A stretch of 64,000 nt of DNA from an uncultured Ignavibacteria bacterium (GTDB taxonomy: Bacteria; Zixibacteria; MSB-5A5; WJJR01), in assembly GCA_964440935.1 (NCBI GenBank), contig CAYTTY010000002.1, positions 67,514-131,513 on the forward strand. The letters are read 5' to 3'. The notes beneath the pieces were generated by a model. That model worked only from the letters and a program-made list of their open reading frames with translations. It ran no database searches and had not been told where the DNA came from. A program made the translations under genes and the position numbers. Of this stretch, positions 1 to 10,400 are shown piece after piece. Position 1 is the stretch's first letter. Each line of letters opens with the position of its first letter.

Positions 1-292
1 ACGGATCCAGCACGTCGAGCATGCCGCGAATCCCGGCGTAGGTCATCTCCTTGTTGTCGACCGTATCCATGTAGTGCGACTGGATACGGTAGGAGATATC
101 ATTCATCAATTTGGTGTATCTATAGAGCGTCTCGCGCGACATGCGGCGGTCGCCCACGTCGGTCGAGGCGCCGCTCTGGGCCCAGACCTGACGATCGGGT
201 GTGGCCTCACCAGATCCGACCACCCAAATGATGGCGGCCGCAAAGATCGCCAGAAATGTTAGTGTTAAGCGGAATCGTCGGTCGGTCGTCAT
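1..292 (-). CDS. S41 family C-terminal processing peptidase, N-terminal fragment (runs off the window edge)
   Basis: Minus-strand ATG at 290-292, then a TM/signal segment (LAIFAAAIIWVVG) and the motif GMLDVLDP typical of Tsp/CtpA S41 peptidases. The ORF is open to coordinate 1. Confidence 0.5.
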   Translation of the reverse strand, partial: MTTDRRFRLTLTFLAIFAAAIIWVVGSGEATPDRQVWAQSGASTDVGDRRMSRETLYRYTKLMNDISYRIQSHYMDTVDNKEMTYAGIRGMLDVLDP

Positions 293-649
293 GATATCTG
301 CCTCCCAGGCTCTTCAAGCTGGATCATCCGATGACAGAGAAAGTTAAATCCTCACGCCGGGTGTCATTCCTATACGATGGCCCCAAGGCCATTTCATTGC
401 AACATTTGATCGGTCCGATTGCATACTTCGCTCGCATTACACCTCTTGGGACGGGTGTGACCTATAGTAACGCAAGGTGAATGCCACATTCCGGTGGTCG
501 CATCAACGGCGTAGTAAAGAAGATGAGCGCCCCAGTCATCACAATACTACGTCTGAGTGGATACGTTGTTCCCTCTAACATCTTGGCACCGGTGGATTTC
601 GGGGATTTGGGGCAGTACCTGAGAAGCGATTTGTGGTCCTTCGAGCCGT

Positions 650-3037
650 TCAATCCAGGTACCGTTGCAAGTAGTCCATGCTCGAATCCTGTGGTGCACG
701 CTGGAGATAGCGCTGCGCCGCCTCTTTGGCTGACTCATGATCTCCTTGATCTGCATACAGATACACCAGTTCGAGGAATGGGATGGCCATGTTCTGATTG
801 AGTTCCGCGGCCCGGTGGAGGTGGGCTCTCGCGCTATCCCACTGTCCGCGATTACGTTGCACCGAACCCAAGTAAAAATGGAGAGTCGCCGACTGAGGTG
901 TGAAGTGAAATGCCCGCATGAGGGCGGCCTGAGCCGAGTCGTACTGTTCCTCCTGATACCAGACAGTTCCCAGCAGAAACGGCGGTGAACCCGATCGGGG
1001 GAATTCTCGTTCCCACTCCCGAGCAATAGCAATAGCTTCATCGCGGCGTCCAGACCATTGGAGCATCTGCACCAGCCGCTGGTAAATATCCGCCTTCTGC
1101 TCGGCACCACGTTCAAGCGCACCCTGTAATTGTTCAACGGCATTCGCCGTATCCGCCATCACCTGATACACCTGTCCGGCATAATACCAGGCCACACCGG
1201 ATTCGGGGATCATCGACTTGGCCTGTTCGAGGGTGGATAGTGCGTCATCAAAACGCTGCGCTTGGGCATACAGCATTCCCAACGTGCACATCTGATCATA
1301 ACTCGAGTCGCCGACCGCCAGCAATCTCTGCGTGGTGTGAATCGCGTCCTCCCACGCACCGGTCTCCTGTTGCAGGATGGCGAGATTGCGCAGGTACTTT
1401 GCGTTGGTTGAATCGTATTCCACCGCGCTTTCGTAGGCGATTCGGGCACTGTCGTTCTGTCCAAGATTCTCATACGCGTTACCCAAATTTGCCCAACGTG
1501 TCGCATTCTGGGGCTCGCCCTGAACGGCCTTATGCAAATGCGATTTGGCCAGGTCGGGGCGCCCCAGTTCTTTTGCGAGAACCGTTCCCCAAGGCGGCAA
1601 TCGTGAGCCCTCGAAGTAATTCGCCGCATAGTGGGGATCCTGGTGTATGAGACGGTCGACACGAGTGACGACGGTCATTTCATTCTGCGCCGAAACGACA
1701 AATCCACCGACATGGGCGATGGCCACGGCCGCCACCGGTACCCAGACCCAGTGTGGAGGGTGTGACTTAGGGAACCAATGAGCAATGTAATATCCCGCCC
1801 AAATCGACATTGGCAAGGCGAATGCCGCCAACAGATCCCAGTCGCGAAAGGCGCCGATCAGTGGATCGATCCAAAACGAGAACATCCAGGCACTGGCTGC
1901 AATCGCGACGACCGTGCCCAGCCTGGGATGAGGCCGCGATTGCTCCCGCTTGACCAGCCAGCCGACCAGTGCCACGACACCAACCGGCGCGAGGAACAAA
2001 AGCAGATTGAATTGATCGAGCAGATGCGTTGGCGAAAACGCGGTGTACTGTGAGTCGGGTGTTGCAAAGACCGGCACGAACAATGGCGGTCCGATCATCC
2101 GATACAGCACCGTGGCCGCCAGCCACGCAATAAAACCGAGCGCGAACGTCACCCCAATAGTGTCTCGATTGGAAGATGTTTCACGGGGGCGGAATACACG
2201 GATCGTGGCCCAGATCATGCCCGGCAACGTCACAAACGCCAATTGATGGAACGCCACGGCGGCCACCCAGCACCCCCACGCGGCCCAGAGCAGTCCACAC
2301 CTGCTGCGAGCCTCCAGCAGAAACACAATCGTCCACAAAAGCGAGACGTTCGCGAGCGCGTAGCTTTCCACGTGTCCGAAGAACAACACCATCGCCCCGC
2401 TGGCCATGGCCGCTGCGATGACAAGCCCGCGTACCGCACGATCTGTACTCAAGGCGCGCGCGATGCGGATCAGCGCCCAGACGCTCAACATCCCGGCCAC
2501 CGACGCCACCAGCGCATATGCCAGCGGGATGTCGCCGCCCAGCGGCATCACCAGAACCCGGTAGACAACCCAATGTGCGAGCAAATCAAAGTACTGCGTC
2601 GACAGATGGACGCCAATCGTCGGCATGTTGCCGTCTTCAAAATACCCGAGAAATGAATACCCATCGCCGTAGGCCAACGCGTCCATCCGGAACACGAACA
2701 TGATGATTCCCAGCGCGACGACGGCGGCTGCGCGGGCAAGACGAGATGCGAGGAACTGCGACACTTCTTGAGCAATGGATGCTGCCAACCGAGGAATGAA
2801 GCAGATGACAACAAGGACGACAAACCCCAAACGCCAGACCAACGAGATGTCCGACCAGTAGTTGACACCCCACGATTCCAGGCCGGGTGCAAACGATGTC
2901 ACGACATGCAACAGCATCAAAACACCCAAACCGATCAACACCCACATCATGGGAGGCGACAGTCCAACCGCTGGCGCTGGCGCCTTGGCCGCTGACCGTT
3001 TGGGCGGATGTCTGTCGCGATGCTTGGCCATAATCAA
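650..3037 (-). CDS. Polytopic membrane protein with C-terminal TPR repeats (GT-C / TMTC-PMT-like glycosyltransferase candidate)
   Basis: 795-aa ORF. The N-terminal ~500 aa have many hydrophobic helices. The C-terminal ~280 aa carry clear TPR units (WANLGNAYENLGQNDSARIAYESAVEYD, AWYYAGQVYQVMADTANAVEQLQGALE, etc.). Confidence 0.55.
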   Translation of the reverse strand: MIMAKHRDRHPPKRSAAKAPAPAVGLSPPMMWVLIGLGVLMLLHVVTSFAPGLESWGVNYWSDISLVWRLGFVVLVVICFIPRLAASIAQEVSQFLASRLARAAAVVALGIIMFVFRMDALAYGDGYSFLGYFEDGNMPTIGVHLSTQYFDLLAHWVVYRVLVMPLGGDIPLAYALVASVAGMLSVWALIRIARALSTDRAVRGLVIAAAMASGAMVLFFGHVESYALANVSLLWTIVFLLEARSRCGLLWAAWGCWVAAVAFHQLAFVTLPGMIWATIRVFRPRETSSNRDTIGVTFALGFIAWLAATVLYRMIGPPLFVPVFATPDSQYTAFSPTHLLDQFNLLLFLAPVGVVALVGWLVKREQSRPHPRLGTVVAIAASAWMFSFWIDPLIGAFRDWDLLAAFALPMSIWAGYYIAHWFPKSHPPHWVWVPVAAVAIAHVGGFVVSAQNEMTVVTRVDRLIHQDPHYAANYFEGSRLPPWGTVLAKELGRPDLAKSHLHKAVQGEPQNATRWANLGNAYENLGQNDSARIAYESAVEYDSTNAKYLRNLAILQQETGAWEDAIHTTQRLLAVGDSSYDQMCTLGMLYAQAQRFDDALSTLEQAKSMIPESGVAWYYAGQVYQVMADTANAVEQLQGALERGAEQKADIYQRLVQMLQWSGRRDEAIAIAREWEREFPRSGSPPFLLGTVWYQEEQYDSAQAALMRAFHFTPQSATLHFYLGSVQRNRGQWDSARAHLHRAAELNQNMAIPFLELVYLYADQGDHESAKEAAQRYLQRAPQDSSMDYLQRYLD

Positions 3038-3205
3038 TCGTCGGTGTTTGCCGGCGGGAATCTACGGCTTTTGCCGGCGACGGGCAAACCCTCGTTCTTT
3101 CCGGTTCCACCGGAGGACTGATAACAATGAGCACTGTCGAAGTGCCTGGTCCCCACAACCACATTTTCCCTCGACCTCGTCTCTCACAGCGGCTTCATTA
3201 ACACC

Positions 3206-3727
3206 ATGGAGATTCGATTGCTGACACGCCACGATGCGGCAGCCTTCCGTGAGTTCCGACTGGAGGGTTTGCACAATCACCCCGAGGCGTTTGGCGAAAG
3301 TGCCCAGGAGTTTGCCGCCCTGAGCACGGAGGAGATTGCTGCACGCATCCCGGCGACCGGTGACATCAGTCAGGGATTCATCCTTGGAGCGTACGAAGAT
3401 GGACGGCTGCGGGGCATCACGTGTCTGATGCGTTCGCCCTATCTAAAGAAACGGCACCATGCCGAACTATGGGGGATGCACGTCGCCGCTGATGTCCGGC
3501 GGCGGGGAATTGGGGAAAGGTTGGTGAATGACCTGATCGCACGCGCGCGCACTATCGATGGTCTCGAACTGGTGCATCTCACCGCCGCGACCGTCAATGA
3601 ACGAGCATGGAAACTCTACGAGAAATGTGGATTCACGATCTACGGCACCGAACCGAAAGCGCTGCGCATCGATGGTGTCGATTATGATCAACACCATATG
3701 ATTCTGGACCTGTCAAAACTCCCATGA
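3206..3727 (+). CDS. GNAT family N-acetyltransferase
   Basis: 173 aa. Acetyl-CoA binding motif A is RRRGIGERLVNDLIARA (Q/RxxGxG/A). Confidence 0.8.
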   Translation: MEIRLLTRHDAAAFREFRLEGLHNHPEAFGESAQEFAALSTEEIAARIPATGDISQGFILGAYEDGRLRGITCLMRSPYLKKRHHAELWGMHVAADVRRRGIGERLVNDLIARARTIDGLELVHLTAATVNERAWKLYEKCGFTIYGTEPKALRIDGVDYDQHHMILDLSKLP

Positions 3728-4026
3728 ATACCACACAACGACCACATCCACTGAGTCCGCTCAGTCGACCTGTGAAGGCGATCACCGCCAGTGTTCTCAG
3801 CATCCTGCTTTTACTTCCCCGTATCGTCTACGCGCGCCCACAGACAGTCGATTCCCTGAGCGTTCCCGCGGGCGAGGAGGGTTTTTTGGCGCAGGTCGCC
3901 CGCTTTCTCTACAATAATTTCGGACCAGTGGGGTTGGTGCTGACCATCATCATGGCTGTCATTCTAATTGTCACGCTGCGTCGCGGCTCATCGAGCGATA
4001 CTGCAAAGACAAACGGGCAGCCGTAA
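3724..4026 (+). CDS. small hypothetical membrane/secreted protein
   Basis: 100-aa ORF, ATGA-coupled to the GNAT gene. It has an N-terminal signal-like segment and a C-terminal TM helix (VGLVLTIIMAVILIVTL). No homology recognised. Confidence 0.35.
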   Translation: MNTTQRPHPLSPLSRPVKAITASVLSILLLLPRIVYARPQTVDSLSVPAGEEGFLAQVARFLYNNFGPVGLVLTIIMAVILIVTLRRGSSSDTAKTNGQP

Positions 4027-4036
4027 AGGCTGCCCG
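4014..4036. terminator. GC hairpin between convergent genes (bidirectional terminator candidate)
   Basis: cgggcagcc-gtaaa-ggctgcccg is a 9-bp perfect stem. It overlaps the stop codon of the small ORF and sits 29 bp from the stop of the minus-strand S8 gene. Confidence 0.4.
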
Positions 4037-4064
4037 CTGAAATCCTGCATCGGGTGGATGGAAT

Positions 4065-6443
4065 TTACTCACACGCCCCCGGACCGTTAAAGAAAATGAA
4101 ATTGATAATCGCATTGATGTCGAGCGCATCGACCACCTCGTCGCAGTTGAAATCGGCGACCGCCGGCGGGTTGGGCATCGGTCCGTTAAAGAAGACGATA
4201 TTGATCAACTCGTTCAAATCCGCCGCATCGTGCACACCGTCGTTGTTCAAATCGCCGATCAACGCGCTGACGGTTATCCCGCCTGTCGTCACAGCGGGAG
4301 TGAAGGCGATTTCCGCGGTGGTGAATTTCAGACTGTAGGAGCCGAGAGTATTAAACTCGACATCGACCGTCTCGCCGGGCTGCGCCGTCGACCGCACACG
4401 GAAATACACTTTCGCAATCGGCCCGTCGCCCGGTGGCATCGCGTCCACGAAATCGTCGACTGTTATCCGGTATGCCATCTCACCGTTGAATTTGTTGCTG
4501 AAGACGTTTTGCAGGGTCATGTGTTCGGTTCGGCATCCGGTTGTGACCACCGAGTCAAGGATAGCCACTGAGGTTACGTTCGAACAATCGATTGGCAGAA
4601 TGATGGTATCCACCGGCAGATTGTTATGCACCACAATGTCGATGCGAACGGGATCACCGGCGAGGACGGTCGAGTCGGTTGCCACCAGTGTTTCGGCCAG
4701 AGCGGCCACGTAGCGAAACTCCGTCTTCTGTCCGGGCCCAATATCGGTGTTGATGGTCAGCATGACGTCATACAGGCCGGGATCGAATGTGTGTTCCGGA
4801 TTCTGCTCTGTTGACTGTGTCCCGTCGCCGAAATCCCACAACCAACTGGTCGGGGACGTTTCCGAACTGTCGTAGAACTGAACCGTCAACGGCGCCGGCC
4901 CAATGCGCGGACTGGCGATGAAGTCGGTCGATGCGATATTCGTCAGGGCCGAGTTCGCGTTGATGCGGCCGCTTCCCAGCATGCCGACATAATCCGGATT
5001 GAGGTCGTCGATGTTGTCGGCGCTGCTGATGATCCGGTCGAAAATTTCCTGATGGGTCAGCAATGGGTTGAGCGACTTGATGAGTCCTACCAGTCCGGCC
5101 ACGTGCGGTGCCGCCATTGAGGTCCCGCTATAGTTTGCGTAACTCGCTGTGTAATGGTTGGACACGGTGCTGATAATACCCGACCCCGGCGCCGAAACGT
5201 CGACGGCAGGTCCGTAGTTGGAAAAACTCGATTTCCGATCCTGGCTGGTGGTGGAGGCCACATTGAGCACGTCAGGACGGCCCTGCAGATACCCGACCCC
5301 CATGTTATTCGAGTTTCCTGCCGAGGCGGCAATGATAACCCCGTTGGCAACTGCGTAATCGGTCGCCGCTTCAATACCACCGCCGTCTGACGACCCGAAA
5401 CTGTAGTTGATTGCCGACGCGCCATTGTTGGCCGCGTAGAAAAATGCGCTCGCCACATAGTTCATGTGAGTGCGGCCGTTTTCAAAACCGTCATCATCAA
5501 AGGAATACCCCATCCGCAGGCACATGATCTTACAGCCCGGTTCGCTGGGACCAAATCCGCCGGCCACACTGGCAACGCCGGTGCCGTTGTTCATCGTGGC
5601 CGCCATTGTCCCCGAGGTGTGGGTGCCGTGACCATTGAAATCACTCGGATCGTTGTCTTCCACCGATCCATCCTCCCCCGACCAGACAGCGTTTCCCGAG
5701 CTGACAAAATCCCATCCGATCAGATCGTCGACATATCCGTTGGTGTCATTGTCGACGCCATCCATATCGGCCAGATCGAACACCACACCATTTTGATTGA
5801 TATCTTCGCCGGGGTTGACCCAGATGTTGTCGGCCAGATCGGGATGCGAATACAAGACACCGGTGTCGGTGTCGGCCAGGATCACCGTGGGACTTCCAAC
5901 CGTTTTGTCCCACGCTTCAGGTCCGTCGATGTCATGATCCTGCGACTGTTGGAGCCCCCACATGTTGGAAAAGTAGGTGTCGTTCGGTGTTCGCTGGATG
6001 TACGCGTAGTAGTCGTACTCTACCGATGCCACATTCGGATCGGCCAGGTACTCAGCCGCTGCCCCGTCGAGATCGATCGTCGGATCCAGCGTTAGGACGT
6101 TGAATCCCCGCAGATCGGGAGACTTCTGTGGTGGCTGTGGAGCCTTAGCGCCCGGGAAAAGTGCGCGGTACTCGCGGAGATCGTATTTGGCGTTGAGTAC
6201 GTCGACCGATGCGATCCCCATTGCCGCTGAGCGAACGGACGCGCCGCCACGTTGGGTTGCCTTCATCGAGGCCGGCATCGCATCCGGTTTGAATTTGACG
6301 ATCAATACGCCCGGCACCCGCTCGGCGTCCACCGCTGTCCGAACCGGCTGTCCATCAATGTATAAGGCGTCGGCGGTCGCGGGGACCAATAACAGCCCAA
6401 ACACCACAGCGCCCAGGAAAGCACCCTTCATTAGATGTTGCAT
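4065..6443 (-). CDS. Subtilisin-like serine peptidase (S8) with PKD-like middle region and C-terminal dockerin-like double repeat
   Basis: 792 aa with a signal peptide (MQHLMKGAFLGAVVFGLLLVPATADA). The catalytic motifs GHGTHTSGT (His) and GTSMAAPHVAG (Ser) are present. The C-terminus carries two DxNxDGxxDxxDLNxLI..FFNGP repeats and ends GACE. Confidence 0.85.
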   Translation of the reverse strand: MQHLMKGAFLGAVVFGLLLVPATADALYIDGQPVRTAVDAERVPGVLIVKFKPDAMPASMKATQRGGASVRSAAMGIASVDVLNAKYDLREYRALFPGAKAPQPPQKSPDLRGFNVLTLDPTIDLDGAAAEYLADPNVASVEYDYYAYIQRTPNDTYFSNMWGLQQSQDHDIDGPEAWDKTVGSPTVILADTDTGVLYSHPDLADNIWVNPGEDINQNGVVFDLADMDGVDNDTNGYVDDLIGWDFVSSGNAVWSGEDGSVEDNDPSDFNGHGTHTSGTMAATMNNGTGVASVAGGFGPSEPGCKIMCLRMGYSFDDDGFENGRTHMNYVASAFFYAANNGASAINYSFGSSDGGGIEAATDYAVANGVIIAASAGNSNNMGVGYLQGRPDVLNVASTTSQDRKSSFSNYGPAVDVSAPGSGIISTVSNHYTASYANYSGTSMAAPHVAGLVGLIKSLNPLLTHQEIFDRIISSADNIDDLNPDYVGMLGSGRINANSALTNIASTDFIASPRIGPAPLTVQFYDSSETSPTSWLWDFGDGTQSTEQNPEHTFDPGLYDVMLTINTDIGPGQKTEFRYVAALAETLVATDSTVLAGDPVRIDIVVHNNLPVDTIILPIDCSNVTSVAILDSVVTTGCRTEHMTLQNVFSNKFNGEMAYRITVDDFVDAMPPGDGPIAKVYFRVRSTAQPGETVDVEFNTLGSYSLKFTTAEIAFTPAVTTGGITVSALIGDLNNDGVHDAADLNELINIVFFNGPMPNPPAVADFNCDEVVDALDINAIINFIFFNGPGACE

Positions 6444-6639
6444 TGACTACTCCTAAGGAATGTGAAACGACATTCGACACACTCTACAATTAACGAAATG
6501 ATGTTCCCGATGGATTTCACCAGAGAGACATTCACCATTTTCAAGATAACCCATGTCGATAAAGTGTCAACTGCAAGTGCGTCAATTTCATGCGATTAGA
6601 GCGTTTTCGCGAGCTGGTAAGCGATGCCTCTGAAGAGTC

Positions 6640-7012
6640 GCTCTATAGCGATTGTCATAAATCCTTTCCGTTTGGATCAGGGGGCACGGGCCTCTTGTGG
6701 TGAGTCCGCCGCGGCGGATCGAACCATCAGGCCCGTGCGTCCGCGTCTGCACAATCCCCCGTCCACCGGCCTCAAGGCCCGTGTTGAAGAACCTGCTGAC
6801 GGATATCATTTCAGATTTGGGAGGGCGAGGCTCCTGCCGAGCCGCCGTGTGGAACATGCCGTTGCGGCTCACCCGAAGGCTCTGATTCTCGGCGGGTTTT
6901 GCAACACGCCCCTCAAGGCCCGTGGCACCTGGTGTCGTGTCCCGGAAGTCCGTTAAGTAAGTCAACGCGGCTGGTCCCGAGCGTGGCGTCACCCGAGGGC
7001 GGGTGACGCCAC
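6640..7012. repeat. Intergenic modular repeat element, copy A
   Basis: Shares a 5' module tatagcgattgtcataaatcctttccgtttggatcaggg with copies B, E and F. Its ~100-bp core at 6683-6783 is 95% identical to the reverse complement of 41164-41257. Internal inverted repeats lie at 6771-6801 and 6895-6929. The 3' module tgtcccggaagtccgttaagtaagtcaac plus hairpin ggcgtcaccc-gaggg-cgggtgacgcc (6985-7010) is shared with copy E. Confidence 0.6.
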
Positions 7013-7445
7013 ATATGTACGCCGTGTTGGCTTCAAACGGACAACACTTCTGACAATCGCCCTAATGTCTGCATTCGGATGCATAGTCTTGTTGGCGATC
7101 GGGGGGTGTGGACCGGCCGAATTGAACCGCCTGGACGGCAATCAATTGCCGCTTAAGTGGTTACGATCTCTGGCGCAATCGACGTCGAGCTGGCCCATGG
7201 TTTGCGTAAGCTCTGGAACACAGGCACCAATCCGGGGTTGAACAGGTATCGACCCCGCCGCCAGATGGATTATAGGATTGACAAGTTGGAACACTAACGT
7301 TTTCTTATCTCCGGCCTTGGGCCATAACGGCTTCGCAGTTCTGCAATTGGAGGTCTTAGCGCACCATTTCGACTGATGAGTATCCCGCCATGGTGGTGGG
7401 AGAGGCAGCAACTCAATAGGGGGTAAAGCCTTTCGGGGCGTTACT

Positions 7446-10400
7446 GTGGCGCGTAGGACCCGATCATCCATCCCGTTCTATCTCTTTCTCGTCTTGGCTA
7501 GCGCGCCATTGGTCCGTGCGGCCGAATACGACGATGTCGCGATAGAAACGCAAACGGTCACCGGACTGACCTTCCGGTACACTCCCTCTGCACTGATGTG
7601 GCGGGAGGATGCCCGTGGCGTCTATCCGTATATCCCCTCGACCGCCTTGCGCGATGATCCCATCGCACCGTCAATCCCCGGACGCGTTGTTTTTGTCGCA
7701 TTGCCTCCGAATGCCCGAGCGATCAACGCAGAGATCGTATCTGTTGGCGCCATCGAAAGTGGGCGCCATGAGTCACTCGCGTTCTTCGAGTCTGACTACC
7801 CGATGCCGTTCCCGTCGGAAGACATCATCGTCGACGACATTTTCTGGCTGCGCGGTCTCCGCCTCGCACGCCTGATTCTGCATCCCTTGAAAATCATCGA
7901 CAGTGAGGGCAGCTACACGCTGTCTGGTGAGATGCGTGTGCGTGTGTCGTTCTCACAGCCCGCCACCGGTGAGCGTCGGATTGCGCCATCGGCTGACGCA
8001 TTTACGCCGATTCTCCAAAACCTGGTTCTCAATGCCGACCAGGGTATGAACTGGCGAAATGCTGAGAGCGCTCAGAGTCCGTTGGCCAAGCCGGCGCAAA
8101 CACCCGATCCGTTTGCCGGCAGTGATGAATGGATCGCGATCGACAACCGTGAAGAAGGCATCGTTCGCGTCACGGGGACACAACTCGCGGGGGCCGGTGT
8201 GGCGCTTGGATCGGTTGTGCCCGATCAGATGCGACTGTTCGGCGGTCCGGGTATGCAACTGTCGACGACGATGTCCGATCCTCCACCGCAACTGACTGAA
8301 CGGGCGATACGCGTTGTCGACGGTGGTGATGGGGTGTTCGACGAAAGCGATTACTTTGAATACTACGCCGACGCGCTCAACCGTTGGGAGATCAATGGCC
8401 AGGGCCAGCGGTTCGACATCGTGCATCGCTACGAGCGCGACAATGTCTATTGGCTGGCACTCTCCGGCGACTTCGAGGGCGAAGCAAGACGTGTGGTAAC
8501 GGTCAACGCCCCGGCACCGTTGCCGGCTGCGACCGCGATCACGTCGGCGGTGGATCGTGCGCGTCACGAACAGGAAAATCTCCTGCGTGTCAACAGCCTC
8601 GGTTACGTGGCCAGCTATTACACGTGGTACTGGCGGGACCGTCAGACCGATCGGTTGTTTATGACCGCCGTCGACGACCAGGTGCCCGGAACGCCCGCGC
8701 GTGTGGAAATCAGCGCCTACACGCAGGGCATCTTGGGGTTCGACTTACTGGTCAACGGGGTTCCGACCGACACGGTGGATGATCCCCGAACGCGTCGTGG
8801 GGAAGACGGTACGCGCATCATCACATTCGCGCTCCCGGAATTTCGTCCGGACGATGAGTTCACTCTCAGCTTTGCAACCGGTTCGCGCAACGAGTATTAC
8901 CTCGACTACTACAGTGTGGAATATCAGCGTCGTCTCAATATGAACTCCGGCGGTATCCGGTTCATTCCCGACATTGACGGTACGGCCAACCTCGTATTCA
9001 GCAACACCACCGGCCCGGAAGTGTGGAATATCAGCGACCCGTCTCGCATCGACGTGTACACCGATTTGGAGATTGAGGGCAATGCTGCACGCATGCCGGC
9101 GATTGATGGATTGCTGTATGCGGCGGAGCCGACCCAGCGCGTGACACCGACCCATATTCGCATCGTCGCGCACGCCGATCTGTACACCCCCCCGTCCGGG
9201 ACCGATTACGTGGCTATTGGACCGCGCGAGTTCGCAAACGCCACAGCCGAGTTTTTGGCTTACCGCGAGTCCACACATGGCATCAGCACCCGCTATGTTG
9301 CCGTTGAAGACATTTACAATTTGTTCAGTTTGGGATTGGCCGATCCGGTGGCCATTCGCCGTTTCCTGCGGCATACCTTTCAGGAGTGGCCAGCACCCGC
9401 GCCGGCGTATGCACTGCTCGTCGGCGATGGCAGCTACGATTTCCTGGGCAACGTCGGCGTGCTGTCGATCAACTATGTACCGCCGTATGTCACCGAAGAC
9501 GATCAATCGATGTCCGATGAGAATTACGTCTACTTTGGCGACAAGAAGGTCCTCGACTCGGATCCCGATCCCGACGCCAATATTGTGCCCGATATGTTGA
9601 TTGGCCGTTGGCCGGTGAAGTCAGCGTCTGACATCGCCAATCTCACCGCCAAGGTTAAAGAGTATGAATCGACCGGCGATCTCGGTCCGTGGCGGTCGCG
9701 CGTGGTGATGGTTGCCGACGATGAGTTCGGTGATCGCAATGCCGGTTCGGTGACTGAGGAGTTTCACATCGAAGACGCCGAGCAGATCTCACAGGTGACC
9801 ATCCCCGACTGGATTGACATCAACAAGATTTACATGACCGAGTACCCGTTCAGCAATCCCGGTTGCTACGAGCCGAGCGCACGTGGCTGCCGTAAGCCCT
9901 CCGTCAACGAGGCCATCGTGACCGCGTTGAATGAGGGTGCACTGGTGTTCGATTACATTGGCCATGGCAATCCCGACTTGCTCGCGCATGAGCGGGTCTT
10001 CTTGCGTACCGAGGAGTTGCGCGAATTGACCAACCAGGGGCGTGCTACGTCAGTATTGACCTTCTCCTGTTCGATTGGCTTTTTCGACGACCCTCGGTCC
10101 GAAGGGATGTCGGAAGAATGGGTCCGCATGCCCCATGCGGGTGCTGTTGCCGTCGTATCCGCCACGCGTCTCGTCACCGCTTTCGCCAACGCCGAACTCA
10201 ACCGCAAAGTCTTCGATTTGCTCTTCAATGACAACGTGACCGGCATTGCCGCATCGCTTTACACCGCCAAGCTCTTGCGCCAATATGGACGCACCTGTTC
10301 GGTGTGCGATGAGCCGCCCTGTCCCTGCGAGAACGATCGCCGCTATATGCTCTTGGGTGATCCGGCGCTGCAACTGGGCGTGCCAGTGAATCGTGTCGAG

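Noticed and set aside
547-1143. Overlapping and antisense six-frame ORFs (481..801+, 547..1143-, 737..988+, 1210..1662-, 1240..1650+, 1767..2126-, 2181..2573- and others) inside the TPR membrane protein gene
   Set aside because: A high-GC genome produces long spurious ORFs on the non-coding frames. These have no motifs and are R/P/A-rich, and all of them lie inside a well-supported 795-aa gene.
6624-6956. ORFs 6588..6992-, 6624..6956+ and 6697..6885+ inside repeat copy A, and similar ORFs in copies C, D, E (41045..41290-, 50046..50360-, 50148..50372+)
   Set aside because: The same sequence modules recur in both orientations across copies, so the apparent reading frames are not conserved. These are non-coding repeats.
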